A DNA stretch of 32,000 bases from Erysipelotrichaceae bacterium (lineage in GTDB: Bacteria; Bacillota_I; Bacilli_A; Erysipelotrichales; Erysipelotrichaceae), in NCBI GenBank assembly GCA_963676105.1, contig OY781039.1:1350001-1382000 (forward strand), given 5' to 3'. The notes beneath the pieces were generated by a model. That model was not told the DNA's origin. It did not search any database and worked only from the letters and a program-made list of their open reading frames with translations. The position numbers and the translations under genes were made by a program. Shown here one piece after another: positions 1-8,690 of this stretch (its first letter is position 1; the number at the start of each line of letters is the position of its first letter).

Positions 1-38
1 GCAATAAGTAAAATCATAACTTGTATGAAATCATTCAT
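1..38 (-). CDS. partial CDS, first ~12 codons only (MNDFIQVMILLI...), product unknown
   Basis: ATG at 36-38 on the minus strand, with GGAGGTGG about 8 nt upstream. The ORF runs off the window edge. Confidence 0.35.
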   Translation of the reverse strand, partial: MNDFIQVMILLI

Positions 39-128
39 AGCCACCACCTCCAAATCTTTTGAAGGCAACACTCAAATGTGAATCTCTACAAGTTATTAAT
101 ATGTTTTAGATATGATAATTCCTAAAAA

Positions 129-2378
129 CTAATAGGAGACTTTATTTCTTCCTGTTTCTTTAGATCGATACAATAAATCATCAGCGCGCTTATAAATAGA
201 TTCAATTGTATCTGATTTATTTATTTCACTTAATCCAATACTAATCGTTACATGTTTATTGAATTCACTTAAAGTGTTTAAATTCTTTTCAACATTCAAT
301 CGAATTTTCTCTGCACACTGTTTAGCTTGTTCAAAATCAGTTCCTGTTAGAATAATCGCAAACTCTTCACCACCCACTCTAAATGAGTAGTCATTTGTTC
401 GTAAATTTTCTTCAAATTGTCGAGCCAAATCAAGCAAGACTTGATCACCCATTAAATGTCCATGACTATCATTAATATCTTTGAATAAATCAATATCAAT
501 CATGAGTAAAGAGAAGGTTAAATCATATCGTTTAAACTGACTAATTTGCTCACTCATACGTTCATAAAAAGCTTTGCGATTATAGAGATGTGTTAAGTAG
601 TCACGATTGCTTTGTTCCTTTATTGTATTCAATGCTTTCACATATTCTGTATTATCTCTTACAGATGCGTAAATATAAGCATCAATTCCAGTATTCACAA
701 TTTTCGCATTAATACTTGCATTATAAGTTGTACCGTCATGTCTTGTATGAATTCTATCAACTGATATAGGACCATTTTCCATGCTTTTTACTATTTCATT
801 CCAGCTGTCTATGTCTAGATCTTTATCCCAATCAAATACTGTAATATTTTGAGATATGTATTCCTCGCTATAGCCTAAAAAACCTTGAAACTCCTTACTA
901 TATTCAAGCACTTTCCCTTCTAAGTCCATTAAAACAATTCCATCAATTGCGATATCTAAAATATTCTTATACTTAAAACGTTCAATTTCTAAATCAGTTT
1001 TTGCTTTTATTAATTCTTCATTCTTGTCATTTAATGAAGCTTCTTTGCGCATTCTTTCAGTCACATCATAAGTTGTCCCAATAGATTTAATATGATGACC
1101 TTTTTCATCGTAATAATGTTTACCTTTTTCTTCGATGAACTTTTTATTTCCTTTTTTGGTGATCAGCTGATGAATTAAAGAATATTCCTTATGGTATTTT
1201 ATAGATAAAGTTAAAACTTCATTTAATCGTACTTGATCTTTTTGTGGTAGGTAATCTAAAAATTCAGTTATCGAAATACCATTTTCATCATAGTCTGTTT
1301 CTAAAATTTCAAATAAGCTCGGACTGCATTTTGATATGCTCGTTTTTGGATCTAATTCCCAATAACCAAATTTACCAATACTTGCGGCAATGGACGTAGC
1401 TTCTAAGATAGAATCTAATTCCTGATTAATTTCGACGAGTTTGTTTTGCGCATCATTGATATCAGTCACATCATAAACAGTTCCTAACGTTCTTAAATGA
1501 TGACCTTTTTCATCATATAGATGTATTCCTTTTTCAATTAAAAAGCGTTGATTATTTTTACGGGTCATTATGGGATGTAAAATCTCATATGAAGATTGTG
1601 TGCGGATACTGTCTTCAAAGATATTTAATAAATTGTCTTGTTCTGTTTTATTCAAAAACTCTAAAAACTTTGGTAAACTCATCAATTCACTGTGATCATC
1701 AATTTCAAAAATAGTATAAGTAGAATCATTCCACTCTATCTCTTCAGTTTTCGCGTCATAAACCCAATAGCCAAACTTCGCGACAGAACTAGCCAGTGTT
1801 AACAATTCATTCTTTTCACTTAAATCACTACTTAATTTCCATATCTTATCTTTGTATGTCGAAAGTGCGACAATAAAAATATAGGCTTGAATCATGATTG
1901 GCAACAAAACAACAATCCATGCATTATAGGATCTTAGATATGCATTGAAATCAATTGAAGATCTAAGTGTTTCACTAACAAATAAAATGGCCATTAAAGC
2001 ACTAATTAAAATATAGGCTACTAATGAAATTAAACCGATTTTCTTAGAATAGATAATCGTAATAATGGATATCGTAAAAGTAAAGAATGCAGGGGCAGCT
2101 GAAGCAAAACCATAACTGATAAGACCTGGTATTGAAATAAACAACAAGCCAATAATGACCATTATCTTTAAGGCATGGTATTTAATTTGTTTCCTCAACA
2201 GATACATTAAAAGTATAAATATTGATCCAATGATGTGAACAAGCTGAGTTGTTTGAAAACCACTAAAAAAAATACGTGTTAGTGAAACAGGTAGGGCAAT
2301 AAGTACCAACATCAGTTCACCAAACAAGCTTTTCTCAACAAATTCTTGTTCTAATGATCGATTAGTGATAGTTTTCAT
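129..2378 (-). CDS. membrane-anchored multi-PAS GGDEF diguanylate cyclase
   Basis: 749-aa ORF with a hydrophobic multi-TM N-terminal region. Two near-duplicate PAS-like modules (FGYW...EKG.H.YDEKGHH...GT.YDVT) are followed by a third PAS. The C-terminal GGDEF domain has a GGEEF active site and an RTND (RxxD) I-site five residues upstream. The start codon lacks a clear RBS. Confidence 0.85.
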   Translation of the reverse strand: MKTITNRSLEQEFVEKSLFGELMLVLIALPVSLTRIFFSGFQTTQLVHIIGSIFILLMYLLRKQIKYHALKIMVIIGLLFISIPGLISYGFASAAPAFFTFTISIITIIYSKKIGLISLVAYILISALMAILFVSETLRSSIDFNAYLRSYNAWIVVLLPIMIQAYIFIVALSTYKDKIWKLSSDLSEKNELLTLASSVAKFGYWVYDAKTEEIEWNDSTYTIFEIDDHSELMSLPKFLEFLNKTEQDNLLNIFEDSIRTQSSYEILHPIMTRKNNQRFLIEKGIHLYDEKGHHLRTLGTVYDVTDINDAQNKLVEINQELDSILEATSIAASIGKFGYWELDPKTSISKCSPSLFEILETDYDENGISITEFLDYLPQKDQVRLNEVLTLSIKYHKEYSLIHQLITKKGNKKFIEEKGKHYYDEKGHHIKSIGTTYDVTERMRKEASLNDKNEELIKAKTDLEIERFKYKNILDIAIDGIVLMDLEGKVLEYSKEFQGFLGYSEEYISQNITVFDWDKDLDIDSWNEIVKSMENGPISVDRIHTRHDGTTYNASINAKIVNTGIDAYIYASVRDNTEYVKALNTIKEQSNRDYLTHLYNRKAFYERMSEQISQFKRYDLTFSLLMIDIDLFKDINDSHGHLMGDQVLLDLARQFEENLRTNDYSFRVGGEEFAIILTGTDFEQAKQCAEKIRLNVEKNLNTLSEFNKHVTISIGLSEINKSDTIESIYKRADDLLYRSKETGRNKVSY

Positions 2379-2622
2379 GTTAATTCAATTATGACATAAT
2401 CATTGTTAATTTCACATAATCTAACACTCAAAATACAATCATAATTTGGTTTTTTTATTATGAAATAACTTAATAAATTCTTATATAAGTATTATTGTTT
2501 TTTCGACATAAAATATCGTGTGAAACGGGATACATTTTTTGACATTATGAAAAATCATGCCAATATCTCAATAAATAGTTAATTCACTTAACTATTTAAG
2601 GTTTTGTGTTATCGTATTCTAT

Positions 2623-4026
2623 ATGGAAAAAATGAAAAACCCTTTAGGTTATGAGAACGTCAATAAACTGATCCTTAAATTCTCAATCCCAGCAATCGCG
2701 GGAATGATGATAAATGCACTCTACAATGTTGTAGATAGAATTTACATTGGTAACCATCCAGACTTAGGTATGAATGGTTTAGGAGGGATTGCCTTAGGCT
2801 TCCCGATTATGCTTATTTTATTAGCCTTTGGTGTTTTATTTGGAATCGGTGGCGCAACCCTATTCTCAATGAAACTCGGTGAAGGCAAACCCGAAGAATC
2901 AAAGAAAGTTTTAAGTACTGCCTTTATTTTATTAATTGGTAGTAGCTTAGTTTATATGACACTTGGTAAATTATTCTTAGAAGATTTACTAAGACTATTT
3001 GGTGGAAGTGATACCATTATTCCTTATTCTATGGAATACATGAATGTCATTTTATATGGAGCTGCATTTCAAATCACATCGATGGGCTTAAACCATTTTG
3101 TTAGAGCGGATGGTTCACCAAAAATTGCGATGTATACCATGTTCTTAGGAGCAGGTACTAATATTATCTTAGATCCACTCTTTATCTTCGTATTTGATTG
3201 GGGTATGTTTGGGGCTGCATTCGCAACTGTTTTAGCTCAAACTTTATCCGCAACTTGGGTTATCCTTTATTTCAGAGGTAAAAAAGCTCGCGTTAAAATG
3301 GATAAATTCGCTTTTGAATGGCCAATTGCTAAAAAGATTGTAAGCTTAGGTTTCCCTGGCTTTAGTCTACAACTTGCAAACTCTATGGTTATGTCTGTAC
3401 TAAATAGATCTCTAACTTTCTATGGTGGTGATTTAGCCATCAGTGCGATGGGTATTCTACAATCTATTCAAACTTTTATGATTATGCCTGTTATTGGTTT
3501 AAATCAAGGTACCATCCCAATTATTAGCTTCAATTGGGGCGCTAAACAATATGATCGTATTCGAGATACGATGAAATATGCCCTTTGGTATGCATTTGGG
3601 ATTACCAGTATTGGTTATCTTGCAACTCGTTTATTCCCAGATCAACTTGTCGCAATTTTTAATCGCGATGATTCACTCTTAGAACTTATGCGTTATGCGA
3701 TGTTTGCTTGGTTCTTTGTAGTAGCAATTATTGGCCCACAAATCATTGCCTCAAATTTCTTCCAAGCGATTGGTCGATCAAAGATGGCATTATTCTTAAC
3801 CCTCACAAGACAAGTCATATTCTTAATTCCAGCTATCTTAATTTTACCTAGTATCTGGGGACTAGATGGCTTACTCTTCTCAGCTCCACTGGCTGATGGT
3901 TTATCTTTTATCATGACTAGCTTCTTCTTTATTAGAACCTATAAAGAACTTGCGCACCTCAAACATGAACAAGATCAACTTAACTTAACCGAACAAGCCT
4001 TAGAAGAAGGCATTGATATGTGTTAA
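2623..4026 (+). CDS. MATE family efflux transporter
   Basis: 467-aa polytopic ORF. The N-terminal LILKFSIPAIAGMMINALYNVVDRIYIG pattern is typical of MATE proteins, and there are about 12 hydrophobic segments. The start may be 2623 or the ATG at 2632. Confidence 0.85.
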   Translation: MEKMKNPLGYENVNKLILKFSIPAIAGMMINALYNVVDRIYIGNHPDLGMNGLGGIALGFPIMLILLAFGVLFGIGGATLFSMKLGEGKPEESKKVLSTAFILLIGSSLVYMTLGKLFLEDLLRLFGGSDTIIPYSMEYMNVILYGAAFQITSMGLNHFVRADGSPKIAMYTMFLGAGTNIILDPLFIFVFDWGMFGAAFATVLAQTLSATWVILYFRGKKARVKMDKFAFEWPIAKKIVSLGFPGFSLQLANSMVMSVLNRSLTFYGGDLAISAMGILQSIQTFMIMPVIGLNQGTIPIISFNWGAKQYDRIRDTMKYALWYAFGITSIGYLATRLFPDQLVAIFNRDDSLLELMRYAMFAWFFVVAIIGPQIIASNFFQAIGRSKMALFLTLTRQVIFLIPAILILPSIWGLDGLLFSAPLADGLSFIMTSFFFIRTYKELAHLKHEQDQLNLTEQALEEGIDMC

Positions 4027-4117
4027 GTCACTTCTGTGTGTTTTTATTCAAAAAATTGGATACAATTAAATAAGTAGTCGTGGATGACTTCCCCCATCCC
4101 TAATTAAATCCACGATG

Positions 4118-4151
4118 AAAAAAGCAGACCTGGGCACAAGGGTCTGCTTTT
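4118..4151. terminator. bidirectional intrinsic terminator between convergent genes
   Basis: Stem GCAGACC (4124-4130) / GGTCTGC (4141-4147), flanked by an A-run upstream and a T-run downstream. It lies between the MATE stop and the anti-sigma stop. Confidence 0.6.
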
Positions 4152-4215
4152 ACTGTTTATGGGGGAAATATCTACATAAAACTCAAAGTCTATGTTTTGT
4201 GCCCATAAAGGAAAA

Positions 4216-5262
4216 CTATTCGCTTTCCGACTCTTCACTTTCTTTAGCAGCTGCTCTTTCTGCAGCAGCGGCAGCTTTATCTGCTTCACGTTGTGCTGCA
4301 GCTTCAGCTCTTTCTTCTTCAGCAGCCAATTTATCTGCTTCACGTTGTTCTGCGGCCTCTTCTTTAGCTACATCGCGTTCTTCTGTTGTAATTTCTTTTT
4401 CAAGCTTCATTTCATCAACACGTGTTTCATTACGTATTTTCGCAATTAAGGTTTTTAGTTTTACTGTGTCTTCTACAGAATTTAAATCTTCAGTATAATC
4501 ATCAAGTTCAATACCATATTCAGCCATATCTTCTATGAACTTTGCGATTAAGTTAGCCATATGTAAGTCTTGATTACTAAAGGCAACAGCTCTGTCAGAT
4601 AATGCTTCTAAATTTGCTGTATCAAGCACAAAATCTTTAACACTATATTCACTACCATCTTCAGTGGCGATTAAACCATTTAGAATGGATATACCCATGG
4701 TTTCGTCTTTTTCATCAGCTTCGGCTTTTTCTTCATCACTTGCGACAAAGTAGACAATACTTACAGCCTCCAAATCATCTAACTTCGCTTGAAGATCTTC
4801 GCTTAATTCAAGGGCTTCATCACCAGCCCCTTCAACATTAGTTGCGACAACCACATAATCAGTTTGTTCATCATCTGTAACAATAAAGCCCATGTCTTCT
4901 GCCATTTCAATAATTTTTTCAACAGCTTCATCAACTTCTAAGCCTACTAAAGATTCTAAATCCATCCCTTCAGCATCCGCATTATATGAGTATACTTCTA
5001 ACACATAACCGTCTACATCAATGGTTAGCTCTAAACTTGGATTAATATCGACTGAGATCGTCGCATACACAGGTTGTGCTATGGGGGCATTCACGACATC
5101 ATTGGTCCCAATGAATAGTAAGAGTGCCACCGCAAAAGCACTAAACACCGTTAGTAATTTCTTTGGATTAAATTTCTTCTTATTCAAATCATCGTGAATC
5201 GCATTCAACATTGATTCATTGCGATACATGTGTTTTTTAAAACCTTTTTTTAGTTCACTCAT
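4216..5262 (-). CDS. single-pass membrane anti-sigma-factor-like protein with Ala/Glu-rich C-terminal tail
   Basis: 348-aa ORF with RBS AAGAGGTG. It has a short basic N-terminus, one TM (LLTVFSAFAVALLLFIGT) and an extracytoplasmic DINPSLEL...N.DAEG region like RsgI-type anti-sigma proteins. It lies 16 nt downstream of the sigma gene on the same strand. Confidence 0.6.
   Translation of the reverse strand: MSELKKGFKKHMYRNESMLNAIHDDLNKKKFNPKKLLTVFSAFAVALLLFIGTNDVVNAPIAQPVYATISVDINPSLELTIDVDGYVLEVYSYNADAEGMDLESLVGLEVDEAVEKIIEMAEDMGFIVTDDEQTDYVVVATNVEGAGDEALELSEDLQAKLDDLEAVSIVYFVASDEEKAEADEKDETMGISILNGLIATEDGSEYSVKDFVLDTANLEALSDRAVAFSNQDLHMANLIAKFIEDMAEYGIELDDYTEDLNSVEDTVKLKTLIAKIRNETRVDEMKLEKEITTEERDVAKEEAAEQREADKLAAEEERAEAAAQREADKAAAAAERAAAKESEESESE
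4276..4383 (-). repeat. imperfect 54-bp (18-codon) tandem repeat inside the anti-sigma gene
   Basis: TTTATCTGCTTCACGTTGT recurs at 4276 and 4330. It encodes READK.AA(E/A)...AE.AAQ repeats, a charged helix-like low-complexity tail. Confidence 0.5.
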
Positions 5263-5278
5263 GATAACACCTCTTTCA

Positions 5279-5806
5279 CTACTTAAGAGAAGGTGTTATT
5301 CCTTTTTGTGTCAAAATTTCTTTAATTTTTTTAAGATTTCGATAAAAACGTAAACGAACTGCATTTTCACTAATCTTTAATTCTTCTGATATTTCTTTAA
5401 AACTCATATCAAATCTAAAGTATGCTCCAAGTATTTGTTGATCTAGTTCACTTAGATTTTTTATTTCTTTCCACACTTCTTCAAAAACTATTTGATTTAA
5501 TACATCAATTTCTACATGAATCTTTTCATCTGCAATATACTCAGCTGTTTCATCTTCTAGATGTAATGGTTTAATGCTTTTCTTTTTATAATATCGAGCA
5601 CACTCTTTATCAACCATTTGTTTTAAGTAAGCTAAAGGATGATCAATGGTTTTATTCTTTTTAATGACATAGTTAAAGTAATCTTTATATACATTTTGGA
5701 TAATATCCTGTCCATCTTCAAAAATTGAAACCTTAAAATGAATATACTTGCTTAGCTTATCTACTGTTTCATAATAAAGTTCATTAAAGCGTGACACTTT
5801 ACTCAT
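5279..5806 (-). CDS. ECF-type sigma-70 family RNA polymerase sigma factor
   Basis: A region-2-like segment (DIIQNVYKDYFNYV) and a region-4 HTH (SFKEISEELKISENAVRLRFYRNLKKIKE). I place the start at the MSKVSRF ATG (5804-5806, RBS AAAGG). The longer track ORF to 5944 overlaps the rmuC start and looks spurious. Confidence 0.75.
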   Translation of the reverse strand: MSKVSRFNELYYETVDKLSKYIHFKVSIFEDGQDIIQNVYKDYFNYVIKKNKTIDHPLAYLKQMVDKECARYYKKKSIKPLHLEDETAEYIADEKIHVEIDVLNQIVFEEVWKEIKNLSELDQQILGAYFRFDMSFKEISEELKISENAVRLRFYRNLKKIKEILTQKGITPSLK

Positions 5807-5900
5807 ACCTTTATTATAAACTGTTTCATATTTTGGACAGATTAATGCTTTATTAAAAATAATTGAATTGTATTTGTTAAAATGTTTGTGAGGATACACT

Positions 5901-7193
5901 ATGGAACAAATTATTATTGGATTATTAACGATTGTGATTATCATGCAAATCGTTAGTTTAGTTAAAAAACCTAAGGCAGATGTTATTGATATCGAAAAGC
6001 CACTTAAAGACTTAAAAACTGAAATGCGTGAGGATACTAATCAAATGATCACCACCTTTTCAAACGTTATGACCAACAATTCAAAATCTTCTGCTGATAT
6101 GGTAGATAAACGTTTAGATGAACTAACAAAATATCTACGTTCTAACCAAGAACAACTTCAACAAGTTGTGTATAAATCATTAGTCGAAATTAATACAAAC
6201 TTAGAGAAAACAAGCAAAACAAACGAAGAGAAATTAAACGCTATTCGTGAAACCGTTGAACAACGACTAACAGCTCTACAAGAAGATAATTCTAAGAAAT
6301 TAGATAAGATGCGTGAAACCGTTGATGAAAAACTACAAAAAACTTTAGAAGATCGTATCTCTCAATCTTTCAAACAAGTCTCTGAACAATTAGAGTCTGT
6401 GTATAAATCATTAGGTGAAATGAAAAACATTGGAGTCGAAGTTGGAGATCTTAAAAAGGTTCTTTCAAACGTTAAAACTAAAGGTATCTTAGGTGAAATC
6501 CAACTTGGCGCAATCCTTGAACAAATCCTATCTCCTGAACAATACGAAGAAAATGTTGCGACGGTACCTGGATCTCAAGCACGTGTTGAATTTGCGGTTA
6601 AATTACCAGGTGATGGTAATATCCCAGTTTATCTACCTATCGATTCTAAGTTTCCAACTGAAGGTTATGCAAGATTACTCGATGCCTATGAAACAGGTGA
6701 TAAGGTTCAAATCGATACAGCCGCTAAAACTTTAGATACAACCATTAAAACTTTTGCGAAAGATATCCATGATAAATACATCCAAGTCCCAAGCACAACA
6801 GACTTTGGTATCTTATTCCTTCCGATTGAAGGTTTATATGCTGAAGCCGTTAAACGAGGTTTGGTAGAAACTCTTCAAAGACAATATAAGATTAATTTAG
6901 CTGGACCAACTACCATGGCTGCATTGCTTAACAGTCTACAAATGGGCTTTAAAACACTTGCGATCCAACAAAAGAGTGGAGAAGTTTGGAATGTATTATC
7001 CGCTGTTAAGACTGAGTTTGAAACTTTTGGTGGGATTCTACAAAACGCACAAGACAAACTCAATAAAACAAGTGCCGATCTAGACAAACTTATTGGTGTA
7101 CGTACACGCAGTATTAATCGTAAATTAAAAGATGTTTCTACATTACAAGTAGGCTCATCAGATGTATTAGGTATTGAATCAGAGGACGAATAG
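5901..7193 (+). CDS. rmuC: DNA recombination protein RmuC
   Basis: 430 aa with RBS GTGAGGA. It has an N-terminal TM, a long Q/E/K-rich coiled coil and a C-terminal RmuC core (EFAVKLPG...YLPIDSKFP...ILFLPIEGLY). Confidence 0.85.
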   Translation: MEQIIIGLLTIVIIMQIVSLVKKPKADVIDIEKPLKDLKTEMREDTNQMITTFSNVMTNNSKSSADMVDKRLDELTKYLRSNQEQLQQVVYKSLVEINTNLEKTSKTNEEKLNAIRETVEQRLTALQEDNSKKLDKMRETVDEKLQKTLEDRISQSFKQVSEQLESVYKSLGEMKNIGVEVGDLKKVLSNVKTKGILGEIQLGAILEQILSPEQYEENVATVPGSQARVEFAVKLPGDGNIPVYLPIDSKFPTEGYARLLDAYETGDKVQIDTAAKTLDTTIKTFAKDIHDKYIQVPSTTDFGILFLPIEGLYAEAVKRGLVETLQRQYKINLAGPTTMAALLNSLQMGFKTLAIQQKSGEVWNVLSAVKTEFETFGGILQNAQDKLNKTSADLDKLIGVRTRSINRKLKDVSTLQVGSSDVLGIESEDE

Positions 7194-7204
7194 TCCTCTT
7201 TTTA
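7183..7204 (+). terminator. short hairpin plus T-run overlapping the rmuC stop (possible partial terminator)
   Basis: GAGGAC-gaata-GTCCTC followed by TTTTT. A GGAGG RBS and the next ATG at 7217 follow immediately. Confidence 0.5.
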
Positions 7205-7216
7205 CTTGGAGGTCAT

Positions 7217-7693
7217 ATGAGCAAGTTAAAAGAAAAGTGTTTAAGCATTGCGAAAGAAGCACACAATAAACAAAAAGACAAAGCTGGCAAACCGTATATT
7301 TATCATCCTCTAAAAGTCAGTGAATTTGTTCTACATCCATTAATCGATGGACTACAAGATGAAATTGATCAATTAAGTGCACTAGAAAAAGAATACTGTG
7401 AATGCATCGCATTACTACATGACGTTATTGAAGATACGGATATCACTTATGATGATTTACTTAATACCCATCAATTACCGAAAGAGATATGTGATGCCGT
7501 GCAACTTTTAAGTAAAGATCGATGTGATCCTTATCGACCTTATTTATTAAGAGTTAAGGAAAATAAATATGCACGCTTAGTCAAATTAGCAGATCTTACA
7601 CATAACTCTGATTTATCAAGACTTAAAACTATAACGGAAAAGGACAAAGAAAGACATCAAAAATATCAATCCTCTATAAAAACTTTATTGTGA
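7217..7693 (+). CDS. stand-alone RelA/SpoT-type HD-domain protein (small alarmone hydrolase-like)
   Basis: 158 aa. Motifs KAGKPYIYHPLKV and ALLHDVIEDT match the (p)ppGpp-hydrolase HD domain of RelA/SpoT/Mesh1. There is no synthetase domain. Confidence 0.7.
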   Translation: MSKLKEKCLSIAKEAHNKQKDKAGKPYIYHPLKVSEFVLHPLIDGLQDEIDQLSALEKEYCECIALLHDVIEDTDITYDDLLNTHQLPKEICDAVQLLSKDRCDPYRPYLLRVKENKYARLVKLADLTHNSDLSRLKTITEKDKERHQKYQSSIKTLL

Positions 7694-7707
7694 TTACACT
7701 ATCACAA
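7688..7707. terminator. hairpin between convergent genes (weak terminator candidate)
   Basis: TTGTGAT-tacact-ATCACAA, a 7-bp stem that includes the HD gene stop codon. The T-run is poor on both strands. Confidence 0.3.
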
Positions 7708-7730
7708 CACAATATAAGGGCATGAAATTT

Positions 7731-8021
7731 CTAACTTTTTAATATTTTACTATCTTCAATAAAAATACTGTGCTGTCTTAACTCTAGATCATCAAGCATT
7801 GCCTTTGGTTTAAGTAAACTTCCATTTTCATCAAATACACAGTGAAAACAATACTCATTCACTTGCTCATCATTCGCAATAAAATCAATTAATATGTCTT
7901 CTGATAGATCTCCATTTATGACTGCATACACTATGTCAATAAACATATCCTTTACTTCTTCAAATGCATCCACTTTCGCATCCCCACTCAAATCTAAATA
8001 ATCGTAGAATTTTTTATACAT
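7731..8021 (-). CDS. hypothetical, strongly acidic 96-aa protein
   Basis: Strong RBS AAAGGAGGA upstream of the ATG at 8021. By my count about 22 D/E against 9 K/R. No motif I recognise. Confidence 0.7.
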   Translation of the reverse strand: MYKKFYDYLDLSGDAKVDAFEEVKDMFIDIVYAVINGDLSEDILIDFIANDEQVNEYCFHCVFDENGSLLKPKAMLDDLELRQHSIFIEDSKILKS

Positions 8022-8080
8022 AATCGATCCTCCTTTACGCTATACGTCAAAACATGGCACGTAATGACAGTTTTACGGAA

Positions 8081-8109
8081 AATAAAAATTCCCTACATTT
8101 GATAGGGAA
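8081..8109 (-). terminator. intrinsic terminator of the 154-aa gene
   Basis: On the minus strand: TTCCCTA-tcaaatg-TAGGGAA followed by TTTTTATTTT. Confidence 0.65.
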
Positions 8110-8136
8110 TAAGAATGCTTATAGTCATGCAAAATA

Positions 8137-8601
8137 TTAGTTTTTCATCTTTAAATTCACATTGACTAAATATCGTGCCTTTATCTGATATTTATCCATT
8201 ATTTTTACTTGATCCATTGGAATATTTATAAACACTAGATCATGAGAAAACTTAATTTCTTTTAGTTTAGTTAATAGTAGATTGCGTTTGTCTTCAATTA
8301 AGTCTTCATACAAATTGATGTGATGCACCTTTTTACAATCTAATAATCTATGGACTAAATCAATAAATGATTTATTCTTTTCAATTTCATACGCCAAAAG
8401 AATTAGCGCATCTTCTACGAGGTGTTCAGCTGTTGGGACTAAACTCATCGGAAAATCTTTTTGAATTCCACCATTTTCTTCTTCATACTCAATTTGCCAG
8501 ATTGGTCTAAAGTTTTCGCGACAGCTAATAATTGTGTCATAGACATAATCCCCATACCAATCATACTGGCCTACTAATATATGCTTGTTGTAGAACTTCA
8601 T
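8137..8601 (-). CDS. hypothetical 154-aa protein
   Basis: RBS AGAGGGAGA upstream of the ATG at 8601. Soluble, with no recognisable catalytic motif. Confidence 0.7.
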   Translation of the reverse strand: MKFYNKHILVGQYDWYGDYVYDTIISCRENFRPIWQIEYEEENGGIQKDFPMSLVPTAEHLVEDALILLAYEIEKNKSFIDLVHRLLDCKKVHHINLYEDLIEDKRNLLLTKLKEIKFSHDLVFINIPMDQVKIMDKYQIKARYLVNVNLKMKN

Positions 8602-8690
8602 AAAGCATCTCCCTCTTTGTCTTTTAGATATACCATCTAAGCCAAAATTGAGATAGAGCTTTTAATGGACAGGTCCAAAAAGATGGACAG

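Noticed and set aside
4104-4498. Three track ORFs (4104-4343 minus, 4115-4498 plus, 4192-4449 plus) with low-complexity A/S/C/F-rich translations.
   Set aside because: They are alternative-frame or antisense shadows of the Ala/Glu-rich 54-bp repeat in the anti-sigma gene. They have no RBS and implausible composition, and one spans the 4118-4151 terminator.
5807-5944. The 46-codon N-terminal extension of the sigma-factor ORF.
   Set aside because: The extension has no RBS, overlaps the divergent rmuC start, and translates to non-sigma-like sequence. The internal ATG at 5806 has an RBS and gives a normal ECF length.
7688-7707. TTGTGAT-N6-ATCACAA read as a second Rex operator.
   Set aside because: The half-sites TTGTGA and TCACAA are 8 nt apart instead of the 6 nt required by the Rex palindrome. 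The site also lies between two convergent gene ends, so it is more simply a terminator-like hairpin.
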